From Eledone cirrhosa (lineage: Eukaryota), in NCBI GenBank assembly GCA_964016885.1, contig OZ024743.1:5952001-6016000 (forward strand): DNA of 64,000 nucleotides, read 5' to 3'. Shown here in pieces: positions 50,276 to 60,316 of the stretch. Below the pieces are notes generated by a model. It made no database searches, was not told the DNA's origin, and saw only the letters and a program-made list of their open reading frames with translations. Position 1 is the stretch's first letter. Every line of letters starts with the position of its first letter. A program made the position numbers and the translations under genes.

Positions 50276-50420
50276 GTTTAATAGGGCTTGCAAAGACCAT
50301 GAGTGTTTCTTCATCTCTTCTGAAGCAGATCTACAATGTATGATGTATATGTGGGTGAATATCAACTGTAAAATAACTTTTGAAAAAAAACCAGTTAAAT
50401 TAAATGTTTTCTATTTTCAG

Positions 50421-50626
50421 GGTACTTCTATTCATCAGACCCTTCTCAAATTTGGCGTGTTGCTGAGAACCTAGAGACAGGGATTGTTGGTGTTAATGAA
50501 AGTTTGTTATCTGCATCTGAATGTCCATTTGGTGGAGTTAAGCAATCAGGTTTAGGACGAGAAGGAGGGAAGTTTGGTATTGATGAGTTTTTAGAAATAA
50601 AATATGTGTGTATGGGAGGGCTTTAA
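50421..50626 (+). CDS. ALDH5A1: Terminal coding exon of succinate-semialdehyde dehydrogenase (SSADH, aldehyde dehydrogenase family 5)
   Basis: Acceptor TGTTTTCTATTTTCAG ends at 50420 (phase 1). Manual translation (G)[67 protein letters not shown] with TAA at 50624-50626; has the ALDH PFGGxKxSGxGREG motif and closely matches the animal SSADH C-terminus as recalled. Confidence 0.95.
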
Positions 50627-50924
50627 ATAAATAGATTTAATATATTATAAATAATGTCCAGTATATATTTATAAATGAGAGCTTTAGATTTTTATATAGG
50701 AATTGGGGATTAGATAGTTTGTTAGCTTCACTGGAATTGTTGGAGCAAGTGTTGTGAACCCCATTCTAATATCACCCATTCAGCATATTTTCTTAACTGA
50801 ATTGAATTTGGTAGAACAATCTATATTGTTTAAGAAATGTGCAGTGGCTAGGAAAGATTTTATATGACATATAATTATAGTATATATTTTAAAATGAAAC
50901 TTATAGATGGATTTTGAGTTGTGA

Positions 50925-50930
50925 AATAAA
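50925..50930 (+). terminator. Candidate polyadenylation signal of ALDH5A1
   Basis: AATAAA ~300 nt after the stop, followed by GT/T-rich CTGTTTTGTGTATTCTTTG at ~50950; a second AATAAA overlaps the stop codon (50626-50631). Confidence 0.55.
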
Positions 50931-51422
50931 TATAATATATACTTAATATCTGTTTTGTGTATTCTTTGTATAAGCATGCTAACTAATGACACAAAAAGCT
51001 CCAGTAGATAATTTATATATTTATTTTTCTGTTTCTTCCCTTTATTCCAGCATCCCTCTTCTTCCAGGTTCCCCCTTAACTAAACTATTCCTTTTCTCAC
51101 ATGTCCCCTTCTTCTACAACTGCCCTTCTTTACTGCTTCCTCCTTATCTCAAACTCCTTCTGTCTCTCTCACATGCCTATTTTATTATCCAAGCTTGCCC
51201 AATCCTATTCCATACACTTACACTTACTTCTCATTCTATTATTTTCCTTCCCACATTGCATGCTAGACTGTAATGAAATGTCTTTTTAGGATAACCCATC
51301 TAAGAGGGTAGTAACTCAAAATAAAAACTTGCATAAAGGACACTGTTTAGGAGAGCAATAACTCCTTATTCAAACTGCATAGAAATGACAGGAACTCTAG
51401 AAGCTGTAACAGTAGAGGTAAC

Positions 51423-54041
51423 ATGTTTAGGAGAGCAGTAATAAAATCTGGTGACGGCTTCAATAGAGTACATGGAGGCCATGGAGTTGGCACAAGGAAT
51501 GAGGAAGGATTCAGACTTCTAGAATTCTGCGACGCCAATGACATGTCGATATGTAACACAAACTTTAAAAAACCCGACAACCACCTGATCACCTATAGAT
51601 CAGGGGAGCACTCTAGTCAGTTAGATTTTATCCTCATCAGAGGACGTGACAGATGGACGGTCGTAAACACAAAAGCCTTCCCTAGTGAGGAATGTACATC
51701 CCAACATAGCTTAGTTGTCAGCGACCTCACGGTCAGAACTAGACGAACCCGGAAACAGAGGCCAACCTGGAGAAGAAAGATCTGGAAGCTGAAAGTCCCC
51801 TCAACCAGTAACAGATTTAAAGATATTTTACTCAACGCCTACAACAGTAAAGAAGAACAGATAGAGACATTTAACGTAGAAGAGAACTGGGAGTTCCTAA
51901 AAAATAATTTACTAGAGGCGACGGATGAGGTCTGTGGCTGGAGTAAGACCTCAAGCAGGAGTAGAGTGACTTGGTGGTGGAACAATAAGGTAGATGAAGC
52001 AGTTAAGGCCAAGAGACAGGCATGGAAAGAATGGAAGAACGGGGGGAGCAGGGTACATTACATAGAGACCAAGAGGGAAGCTAGGCGACAAGTATACTTA
52101 GCTAGGAGGGAAGCAGAGGATAGAAAATTCAAGCATGTTTTACAACGTGAGGACCAGAAACAGGAGGTGTTCAAGATTGCGAGGCAGTGTGTCAGAGATA
52201 GTTGCGATGTCATTGGAGAGAAGTGTATCCGGAATGATAAACGTGAGCTTGTCCTCACAAGGGCTGAGAAGAAAGATGCATGGAAGAGTCATTATGATAG
52301 ATTACTAAATGAGGAGAATGCATGGGAAGAAGAGACCCTACCCCAAGTAGACCCTATAGAGGGACCAGCAGTACAAGTCAGCAGCAGCATAGTAAGTAAG
52401 GCAATCAAAGATATGAAGATAGGGAAGGCAACCGGTCCATCGGGTATAGCTGCCGAGATGCTGAAGGCATCTGGGTCTGTAGGTCACACTATAACCACAC
52501 GTATCGTTAACCAGGTAATACTAGAAGGGGCCATACCAAAAGATTGGTGCAGTAGCATCATTGTCAACTGCTACAAAGGTAAAGGCGATGCACTAGATAG
52601 AGGAAACTATAGAGGTAGAAAGTTGATGGACCAGGTCATGAAAGTAACAGAAAGAGTTATAGCACAGCTGATTAGGGACCGGGTGAATATAGACGAGATG
52701 CAATTTGGGTTTGTACCAGGAAGAGGCACCACTGATGCCCTCTTCCTTGTGAGGCAATTACAGGAAAAGTACCTAGCTAAAAGTAAGCCACTCTACTTGG
52801 CATTTGTCGACCTTGAGAAAGCCTTTGACAGAGTTCCACGTGCTGTAATCTGGTGGGCTCTTAGAAAACTAGGAGTAGATGAATGGCTTGTGAAAGCGGT
52901 ACAAGCCATGTATAGGGGAGCAGTCAGCAAAGTTAGGATTAGCAATGAGTATAGCGAGGAATTTAGCGTACAGGTTGGGGTCCACCAGGGCTCTGTTCTT
53001 AGCCCTCTCCTGTTCATCATAGTCCTGCAGGCAATAACGGAGGAGTTTAAGACCGGATGCCCATGGGAACTCCTGTATGCTGATGACCTCGCACTCATAG
53101 CTGAATCTATGGTAGAACTAGAGAATAAATTCCAAACCTGGAAGCAGGGACTAGAGAGAAAGGGTCTCAAAGTCAACATAACAAAGACTAAGGTCCTTGT
53201 AAGTAGACGAGAAAACAGAACCCAGATCCCCTCAGGGAAATGGCCTTGCTCAGTATGTAGGAAAGGTGTATGTAGGAACTCCATTCTCTGCCCCAAATGC
53301 AAACAATGGGTACACAAGAGATGTAGCGGGATCTCAGGAAGCTTAATTAAGAATGTAGGATTCACATGCAGCAGCTGTGCTGAAACAGCAAGCAGCAAAC
53401 AGCCACAGGAAACAAGTACCACCAATCTCTGGGAGGGCCCTGTAGAAACAGTAGACAGCTTCTGCTACCTAGGTGACCGAATTAGCAACGGAGGTGGGTG
53501 TTCAGAAAGTACAATAACTAGGGTAAGAACGGGATGGAAGAAGTTTAGGGAACTACTACCACTGCTAGCTGCAAAAGGCTTCTCCCTCAGAAAGAAAGGC
53601 AGACTGTATGATGCGTGTATCCGAACAGCGATGTTGCATGGTAGTGAGACCTGGGCGCTGAAGGTGGAAGACTTACGTAGATTAGAGAGAAACGAAGCCT
53701 GCATGCTCCGATGGATGTGTAACAGTAATATACGTGAACGACAAAGCATAAATGAATTGAGAGAGAGACTGAGCATAAGAGGAATCAAATGCTGTGTGCA
53801 GGAGAGGCGGTTGCGCTGGTATGGACATGTGATGCGTATGAAGGATGACAGCTGCATAAAAAGGTGCAGAGCACTAGAAGTTGATGGAAACCGCGGAGTG
53901 GGGAGACCCAAGATGACCTGGGATGAGGTGATAAAAGCCGACCTTACCCAATTACACCTCTCAAAGACAATGACACACGACCGTGACTTCTGGCGTCACG
54001 CAGTAATACAGAGTACCCGACCTCCCATGGGTACATGCTGA
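51423..54041 (+). CDS. RTE ORF: partial APE endonuclease, reverse transcriptase and PHD-type zinc finger (872 aa; first codons probably from flanking DNA)
   Basis: Endonuclease tail (SQLDFIL, SQHSLVV); RT motifs NYRG, QFGF, FVDLEKAFDRV, GVHQGSVLSPLLF, YADD (53076-53087), FCYLG; RTE C-terminal RRLRWYGHV and GRPKxTW; no stops. Confidence 0.93.
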   Translation: MFRRAVIKSGDGFNRVHGGHGVGTRNEEGFRLLEFCDANDMSICNTNFKKPDNHLITYRSGEHSSQLDFILIRGRDRWTVVNTKAFPSEECTSQHSLVVSDLTVRTRRTRKQRPTWRRKIWKLKVPSTSNRFKDILLNAYNSKEEQIETFNVEENWEFLKNNLLEATDEVCGWSKTSSRSRVTWWWNNKVDEAVKAKRQAWKEWKNGGSRVHYIETKREARRQVYLARREAEDRKFKHVLQREDQKQEVFKIARQCVRDSCDVIGEKCIRNDKRELVLTRAEKKDAWKSHYDRLLNEENAWEEETLPQVDPIEGPAVQVSSSIVSKAIKDMKIGKATGPSGIAAEMLKASGSVGHTITTRIVNQVILEGAIPKDWCSSIIVNCYKGKGDALDRGNYRGRKLMDQVMKVTERVIAQLIRDRVNIDEMQFGFVPGRGTTDALFLVRQLQEKYLAKSKPLYLAFVDLEKAFDRVPRAVIWWALRKLGVDEWLVKAVQAMYRGAVSKVRISNEYSEEFSVQVGVHQGSVLSPLLFIIVLQAITEEFKTGCPWELLYADDLALIAESMVELENKFQTWKQGLERKGLKVNITKTKVLVSRRENRTQIPSGKWPCSVCRKGVCRNSILCPKCKQWVHKRCSGISGSLIKNVGFTCSSCAETASSKQPQETSTTNLWEGPVETVDSFCYLGDRISNGGGCSESTITRVRTGWKKFRELLPLLAAKGFSLRKKGRLYDACIRTAMLHGSETWALKVEDLRRLERNEACMLRWMCNSNIRERQSINELRERLSIRGIKCCVQERRLRWYGHVMRMKDDSCIKRCRALEVDGNRGVGRPKMTWDEVIKADLTQLHLSKTMTHDRDFWRHAVIQSTRPPMGTC

Positions 54042-54338
54042 AGCATATAAACAATATGCCCCCACACCCCCCACCGCAAGGTGGTCGTGGAGGTGCCACG
54101 GCAAAAAAGCACCCAGCCCACACTGTAAAGTGGACGTGTAGGCGCCACGAAAAAGCACCCAGCACTCACTGTAAATGAGGTTGGTGTTAGGAAGGGCATC
54201 CAGCTGTAGAAATCAAGCCAGATCAGTTCCTGTATGAGCAAGGCATGGTCAGCCGACCAGACACTGCACACAACAGGACAACCCGTCTAACCCATGCTAG
54301 CGTGGAAGAACGGACGCAAAACGGTGATGATGATGATG
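51450..54338 (+). mobile_element. RTE-clade non-LTR retrotransposon, 5'-truncated
   Basis: Begins mid-endonuclease (VHGGHGVGTRNEEG), complete RT, ~300-nt 3' UTR, (TGA)n tail at 54325-54338; no TSD found, 5' boundary approximate. Confidence 0.93.
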
Positions 54339-54667
54339 TCAAGGGGAAACATAAATCCTGACAGAAAACTTCTGCACTCAGTTCATGCTGTAAAGTAGCT
54401 GGAAATAGGAAAGGCATTAAGCCAATAAAACAATGCTAAAAATATAACGCGTACAGATATAAACTCTAACTGCATATACATGGCTAGCACTAACCAAATT
54501 AGGGCCGTGTAAAGTAGTGGGTGGCTACTCTGAGGTCTCGAATAATCGTCTCCACCCCCGCTTATTAATATTTTAGGTCCTCCCTCCACTTATTAAATTT
54601 TGCTAATCTATCTCCAGCGAAATGTTATTGTAACTGATTCATATTGATACAGCAGCTGAAGAATCTA

Positions 54668-54780
54668 ATAATTGTTTCTACTTTTTGGCACAAGGCCAGC
54701 AATTACCCAGTACATTACTGGTACTTTATTTTATCGACCCCGTAAGGATGAAAGGCAAAGTTAACCTCGGCGGGATTTGA
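54668..54780 (-). mobile_element. SINE family A copy with 16-bp target-site duplication
   Basis: Near-identical to the 49815 copy; TGAAGAATCTAATAAT at 54657-54672 and 54778-54793. Confidence 0.88.
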
Positions 54781-54887
54781 AGAATCTAATAATAATTTTA
54801 TTTTACATAAAAAAACATTATATATGACAAAAAAGGAACATAAATGTTTTTTTTTATGAATAAGGACCAGTTGAATTTGTTATATAC

Positions 54888-54951
54888 ACCTTTCACTCTA
54901 TGTCTCTCCTGGCCCTTACTGGCTTTCACCTTCTCGGCCACTGACTACAGC
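54888..54951 (+). repeat. 64-bp fragment of the LTR-like element at 57.2-57.9 kb
   Basis: ACCTTTCACTCTATGTCTCTCCTGGCCCTTACTGGCTTTCACCTTCTCGGCCACTGACTACAGC is nearly identical to 57529-57592. Confidence 0.8.
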
Positions 54952-54976
54952 ATAGAGTTACGGTCCTTGCTCTTCT

Positions 54977-55093
54977 GAGTTCAAATCCTGCCGAGGTTAA
55001 CTTTGCCGTTCATCCTTACGGGGTCGATAAAATAAAGTACCAGTAATGTATTGGGTAACTGCTGGCCTTGTGCCAAAAGTAGAAACAATTATT
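54977..55093 (+). mobile_element. SINE family A copy (inverted relative to 54668-54780)
   Basis: Starts with B-box-like GAGTTCAAATCC, family core, ends AGAAACAATTATT. Confidence 0.85.
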
Positions 55094-55713
55094 TATTACT
55101 AGCTCCGCTGGAGGAACAAGGACACCAGCTTTCACGAATGCCGTAAGGTTGCAAAAATAGTAGCGCTGGAAGTTACATCGTTTTATGTTCCGAGTTGATA
55201 GCTTTACATTTTATTATTCTAAAATTGATAAGGTAATACCAGACAACATTGGGGTTAAATGAATCGCTAATAGTTTCATTGATCACTGTAATTGCTGGCC
55301 TTGTGCCTAAATCAGAAACCAATATTATATCGTTAATGCATATTATTTCATCCCAGTTTTGTTGCAATTCGTAGTTGTCTATACCTCTGCAGATGTGCAG
55401 ATTATTATAATCATAAGACTGATTTGTCTTATGATCTGAAGTTACTGAAATATAAGTACTCATTCAGGGTAATTATAGGTAAATATAGTGAACTACTGGT
55501 AAATGCATATCGACATAGTTTATATGAGAAATAATGCTATGATATACTTGTGGTTAGAAATAGCTATCTCACTTACCGCTTTTCATAGGCGCCGCTAAAT
55601 CCCATGGCTGGTTTCTCCTCTTCCGCGTGCGTCCAACTCATTAACACCCGGGAGCTGCCAAACTCGCGTCCACACCGTTCCTGGTCCCCACTAGAGAGAG
55701 ACCCATCTGCTGG

Positions 55714-55777
55714 CCCTTCTGGTCGAGCACCCTTCCGGCCAAGCACCCTTCCGGTCAAGCACTCTTCCGGTCGAGCA
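55714..55777. repeat. 16-bp GC-rich minisatellite x4 (CCCTTCCGGTCRAGCA)
   Basis: Four adjacent units read directly. Confidence 0.85.
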
Positions 55778-55998
55778 CTCCCCAGCTTCCGGCCACCGCA
55801 CACCACACCATACCCACAGTACTGACATAGTAATAATATAATCTTAATGAATTTCTGCCTAAATGTGTTGCTAATTGTAACTATTTTCACGTTGCCCAAG
55901 ATTTATATATCACCACTGAATTCAGGAGCGATGGTTTATCTAGGTCAATATAAAAGTCAACTATTAGTATTCATAATGACAATATGGCCTTATTTATA

Positions 55999-56540
55999 CT
56001 AGCTGAGGTACCCGGTAATACCCGGGAGCGGGGGTATTCCCAGTTCCCATTAAAATGCCCAATGCTTCTCAGACCAAAAATAAATGTTACAGCAAGCAGA
56101 GAATATTAAGTTGAACTGTAACGGAATACTATTGTTAGAGTTTCCCACGATTGTCCTGTAAAAAAACAGGATGATAAACGTACATACCACTTGACCTGTG
56201 AACAAATCCACAAACACAAACAGACAGAAATTGCCATTTATGTATATAGATAGGGAGTTTAATATTATTGAAATTTGTTGAAATTTTGTGATTAGGCATC
56301 ATATCTTGTCATTTAGCTATGGTTTAAATTTCATATAAATCGAAGGGAAAACGTTTTCAGCGGGGTTTGAGCTCCCGGGGAACCCTTTAATTAAAATGAA
56401 ATATACGTAAGAAATCAAATGTCATGAGCCCCCACACATGTGTCAAGTTCCATCAAGATCGGTTTGGTAGTTTTTGAGTTTTAGGTTCACAAACAAACAC
56501 ACAAACAGACAGAAATTGTCATTTATGTTATGTATATAGA
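55999..56540 (-). mobile_element. Composite non-autonomous Helitron with two 5' ends and one 3' end
   Basis: Minus strand: A|TCTATATACATAA...TTTCTGTCTGTTTGTG starts at both 56540 and 56250; 3' hairpin CCCGGGTATTACCGGG then CTAG|T at 55999; 56260-56400 is the reverse complement of ~61635-61775. Confidence 0.75.
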
Positions 56541-56816
56541 TTTCTCACTGACGTATATAGTAGGGTGTTTGATAAACAATTTTTGTACTTGCGACTAATT
56601 AGGAAGTATTTTTTAATTAGGGCTAAGAAATTTCTAGCTATATTTGATTTTACATTTTTGTTGGTAATCGCTTCGTAAAGCCAAAACAGTTGCAGTAAAT
56701 AGTTCATGGACGACCTCTTTGTACTCAAGTCCCGAGACAGAGGAAGCGGCATGGATAAATAGCCTGTTTTAGATCAACCCAGCAGCAGTTCGAAGCGGTT
56801 CTTGATAGAGTAAACA

Positions 56817-57187
56817 TGTAACCTATTGAGGTCTTACAGACTCTTACTTTCTCTTACTCTCACTCTCTCTCTTTCACCCAATCTCTATCTCTTGGCCTCT
56901 CTCTCTCAACCCAGCCAGTGAAGTTCATGAAGTTTTCTTGGTAAATAAGACTTTAACTTTACTTTTATAAACAAACAAATAACGGCTATAATTCTGATAT
57001 ATTTTTCGTATAGCTTCGGCGTGAGCTATTTTCAATCAAGCGGTTTGGTGTTATCATGGTTCATTTAAATATATTCATTTTTTGCGTGATCAAGGAATAT
57101 CATATCATCATCATCTTATTGATCAAGGAACTATCATATCATCATCATCTTACTCACTTACCTGCACACATGCAACCTCTGGTTACA
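56817..57187. mobile_element. Possible solo LTR or small TIR element
   Basis: Perfect terminal inverted repeat TGTAACC...GGTTACA; internal short duplication at 57088-57151; no TSD seen. Confidence 0.3.
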
Positions 57188-57225
57188 CTGTATCACACAA
57201 CAATGACCACACGCAATGAACGAAC

Positions 57226-57911
57226 TGTAACGGAATACTCCTATATTTTACGAGCGAAGATTGGAAACCGAATCTAAGAGTTCTCGCCTCTGGGACAACC
57301 TATTGTTGGAGTTTCCCACGATTGTCCTGTCAAGAAACAGGATGATAAACATACACACCACTTGACCTGTGACCCCAGCTTGTGGACAGAAGAAACACCG
57401 ATGGCTGCCCATAAATCAACCCATATACACATCCTTCTAGCTATAGGGTTATTATAAATACAAGGACTTGGGAAATCCAAGAGCAGACTACGAAGCAGCT
57501 GTCCGTGTTAAGGTTAACGATGTAGCAGACCTTTCACTCTATCTCTCTCCTGGCCCTTACTGGCTTTCACCTTCTCAGCCACTGACTACAGCCAGACAGC
57601 AGACCGAAGCAGCAGTCCGCGAGAGATAACGATGTAGGCATCAACAGACCTTTACCCTTTGTCTAACCTGGCCTGACTGGCTCTCACCTTCTGGGCCACA
57701 GACTACAAGCAGTCCTTGAGAGGAATAGCGAATACTAAGGATACACACATACACACACACTCAAGTTCGATTATATTGTTTACTTCTGTGTTTTATCTAT
57801 TCTTGCGTCTTCCTGTTGAATCACTTATATTGTATCATCGTATTGATACATGCATGCACGCTAGCTCGAAGTAGCTAGCCAGCAAATAACGTAGCGATAA
57901 ATTCTGTCACA
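57226..57911 (+). mobile_element. Solo-LTR-like repeat
   Basis: TGTAAC...GTCACA termini, internal TATAAATA (~57453), ~118-bp diverged tandem duplication (57482-57710), partial copies at 54888 and 56113; no TSD seen. Confidence 0.45.
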
Positions 57912-58289
57912 TATTGTTATTGTAAAATAAATATTATCAACATCACAATCCTGGCATTGCTCTTATCAAACATTCATCAAACAATAACATTTATCCACTA
58001 CAGAATCAACACCACAACACAATCAACTATCAACTACTACCATCCAAACTATCGCTATAAGCGCATCTGTACATGGTGACTATAACATTTTGCAGGTGAC
58101 TATTCATCGGACATTTCGATTGCCTTTGATATGTTGTGAAGGTGACTACCGAAAACTAAAGATAAAGCTCAATGAATCTTTACAAATAGTAACAATTCCG
58201 ATACAATCTTTTGCGGTACTTTATTCTAGATAGTTAACCAAGCAGAAGGAGCACCATAGATTCTCTTTGAGATCACTCTGTTTAAGGCA

Positions 58290-58480
58290 TTATTTATGTC
58301 ACACTTTGTCAAAAGTCTTTGCAAAGCCCAGAGTAAACTTCATCTACATATGACTGGTTAAAGCAGCTGTAGAAAAATCATTTGACAAGTTATTTTGTTC
58401 TGGTAACGTGATCAGTTTTTCTGATAATTCATTCGACGACCTTCTTGATATGTGAAGTCAGAGATAGGCCTGTAATTTTT
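58290..58480 (-). pseudogene. Degraded CR1-type LINE reverse-transcriptase fragment
   Basis: Frameshifted minus-strand translations NYRPIS/TSHIKK and VDEVY/GFAKTFDKV resemble NYRPISLTS and DVIYLDFAKAFDKV. Confidence 0.6.
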
Positions 58481-58596
58481 ACCATCTGCTCGACTTTCAC
58501 TCTTGTTATGACATTATGTTACTCTTAGTTGTTTTCTTTTTTTCACCTTACTACTTTAAAAATGTTTTGAACTTTGGCTAGGTAATTTTTGTATGT

Positions 58597-58669
58597 CTTC
58601 TTCTTCTTCTTCTTCTTCTTCTTCTTCTTCTTTTTCTTTTTCTTTTTCTTCTTTTCTTCTTCTTCTTCT
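58597..58669. repeat. (CTT)n / CTTTTT microsatellite
   Basis: Read directly; abuts the 3' side of the minus-strand RTE fragment. Confidence 0.95.
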
Positions 58670-58679
58670 TGCAGTATTC

Positions 58680-59300
58680 GATGAATAACATTTCTGGAGC
58701 ATGTGCTCTTTTGGGGCTCACTGTAAGCTTAACTGCTGAGCTGAACATTCTCCGCTCCGTTTTAATGTCCTCAGTCTCTTCAGGGAGTATTCTAAATTCG
58801 GACGCAACAGTATCAGCAACCCTGTTCCTGACTTCCTTATCCGCCAACGCTCCCTACTTTATCCCGTAGATAGACCTGGACCTGCCAGTTTTGTGGGCTT
58901 CTTTGGCTTTAGGTACTTTTAGGTTGCAGATAACTAGATGATGATCAGTTGGCAGCTCAGCTACTCTCTTAATACGAACATCCAGCACAGAATCAAAGAG
59001 ATCAGAGACAGTAACAAAATCAATTATTGATGTTTGTCCCCGATTTCCTTATACCATGTGCATTTATGGAGATTTCTTTGTGCTGGAAGATTTTCATAAT
59101 AGAGAGTCCATTTAAATCGTATTTAGATCGGGATAGTCGTCGCTTCCAATCACTCCTTTTCATGTCTGGGGATCAGTGCCAACATGTGCATTGAAGTTTT
59201 AACTACGTCTCACGCTGCAGTGACTTCATCAAGGAAATATCTGTATTAGGACTCTCTATTTGGTGCATAAACATGCATTACCGCACACTTTCTTTCAGCC
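58680..59300 (-). pseudogene. Degraded RTE-type LINE endonuclease/linker fragment
   Basis: Minus-strand motifs HVYAPN, NFNAHVG, SIIDFVTVSDLFDSVLDVRIKRVAELPTDHHLV, with stops and frameshifts. Confidence 0.8.
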
Positions 59301-59932
59301 TAAACTTCAAGAGGCAAATCCTTCCTCCCAAGGAAATCCAGTCCAACACCCATTGTAACAGTTGGGGAATTGTGAGAATCCCCATTCCTGCCTGTGCAAT
59401 CTTTTCTGGCACTATACCTAAATAGTGAGCTTTTCATACTCCATCCAAATCTACAATACCACGGAACTTTGTTGAGGAACCCCGACAATATCTAGTTGGT
59501 AACATCTGGCCTCCTCCACAAGTCCCTGTTCCTTACCTCAGTGAAAACTGAGACAGACATACTCTCAAGAAATATCGAACCTAGGGACTTTAGTATACAT
59601 GTTATACGATCTTGTTATTGTAAACGATCTGGTAAAATTAGCTGTTCATATAGGGATAGGGTATCCTTCATTTACACAGTTATTATTTTGATTTCCTGTT
59701 CAGAAATATAAGATTATCTGGGTTCAATAAAAGTAGTACAGTTGAATACTAGTTTTAATTCAATAAGTTATCCCATTTTCCCAAAGTAATTGACTAAGAA
59801 ATCATTTTTACACAGAAATAGAGTAGACTTCCAGTTTGAGAGACTTCACTTATATTGTATTGCTAATGTTCTTTGGAAAAGCATCAAATAATAAATACTG
59901 CTTCTTATTTTCTTTTTCGGGTTTATTAATAA

Positions 59933-60316
59933 CTAGCAGATTTACTCGGCGTTGCCCGGGGTTTGAAATGCAACAAAGAATAAACAAGAAACAAACGATA
60001 ATATTAGTGATTTATCTTCAAATGAATCTGATGTTTATATTTCTGTCAATAAAGTTGGTTATCTCCCTTTTTTATAAGGATTGTCAATAAAGTTGGTTAT
60101 CTCCCTTACATCAATTTTGCTACCGATAATTTTGATATCGATTTTTTATTGCTCAACGTGGGTCGATTTGAAAAATGTTTGTGATGTGACAATCTTAGCG
60201 ACCTGTGCAACGTGCACAGAAAATTTGGTCAAATTCAGTTGGTAATTGTAAAAGCCTTAAGTATGCAAAAGTTGTACACAGACACACACACATCCTCGCT
60301 TATATATATATAAAGA
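59933..60316 (-). mobile_element. Non-autonomous Helitron-like element
   Basis: Minus strand A|TCTTTATATATATAT start at 60316; 3' hairpin CCCGGGCAACGCCGAG then CTAG|T at 59933; internal 26-bp direct repeat (60044, 60082). Confidence 0.65.

Noticed and set aside
50259-50474. 71-aa ORF overlapping the ALDH5A1 exon
   Set aside because: Wrong frame; runs through the acceptor, while the conserved protein is in another frame.
51020-51290. Pyrimidine-rich tract ending TTTTTAG as a possible acceptor splicing into the RTE ORF
   Set aside because: Stops follow in all three frames before the RTE ORF start and there is no transcript evidence.
51617-54589. Minus-strand ORFs over the RTE element
   Set aside because: Antisense shadows of the LINE with no recognisable motifs.
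58578-58847. Lys/Arg-rich protamine-like ORF
   Set aside because: Basic tail is the translated (GAA)n microsatellite joined to a LINE remnant.
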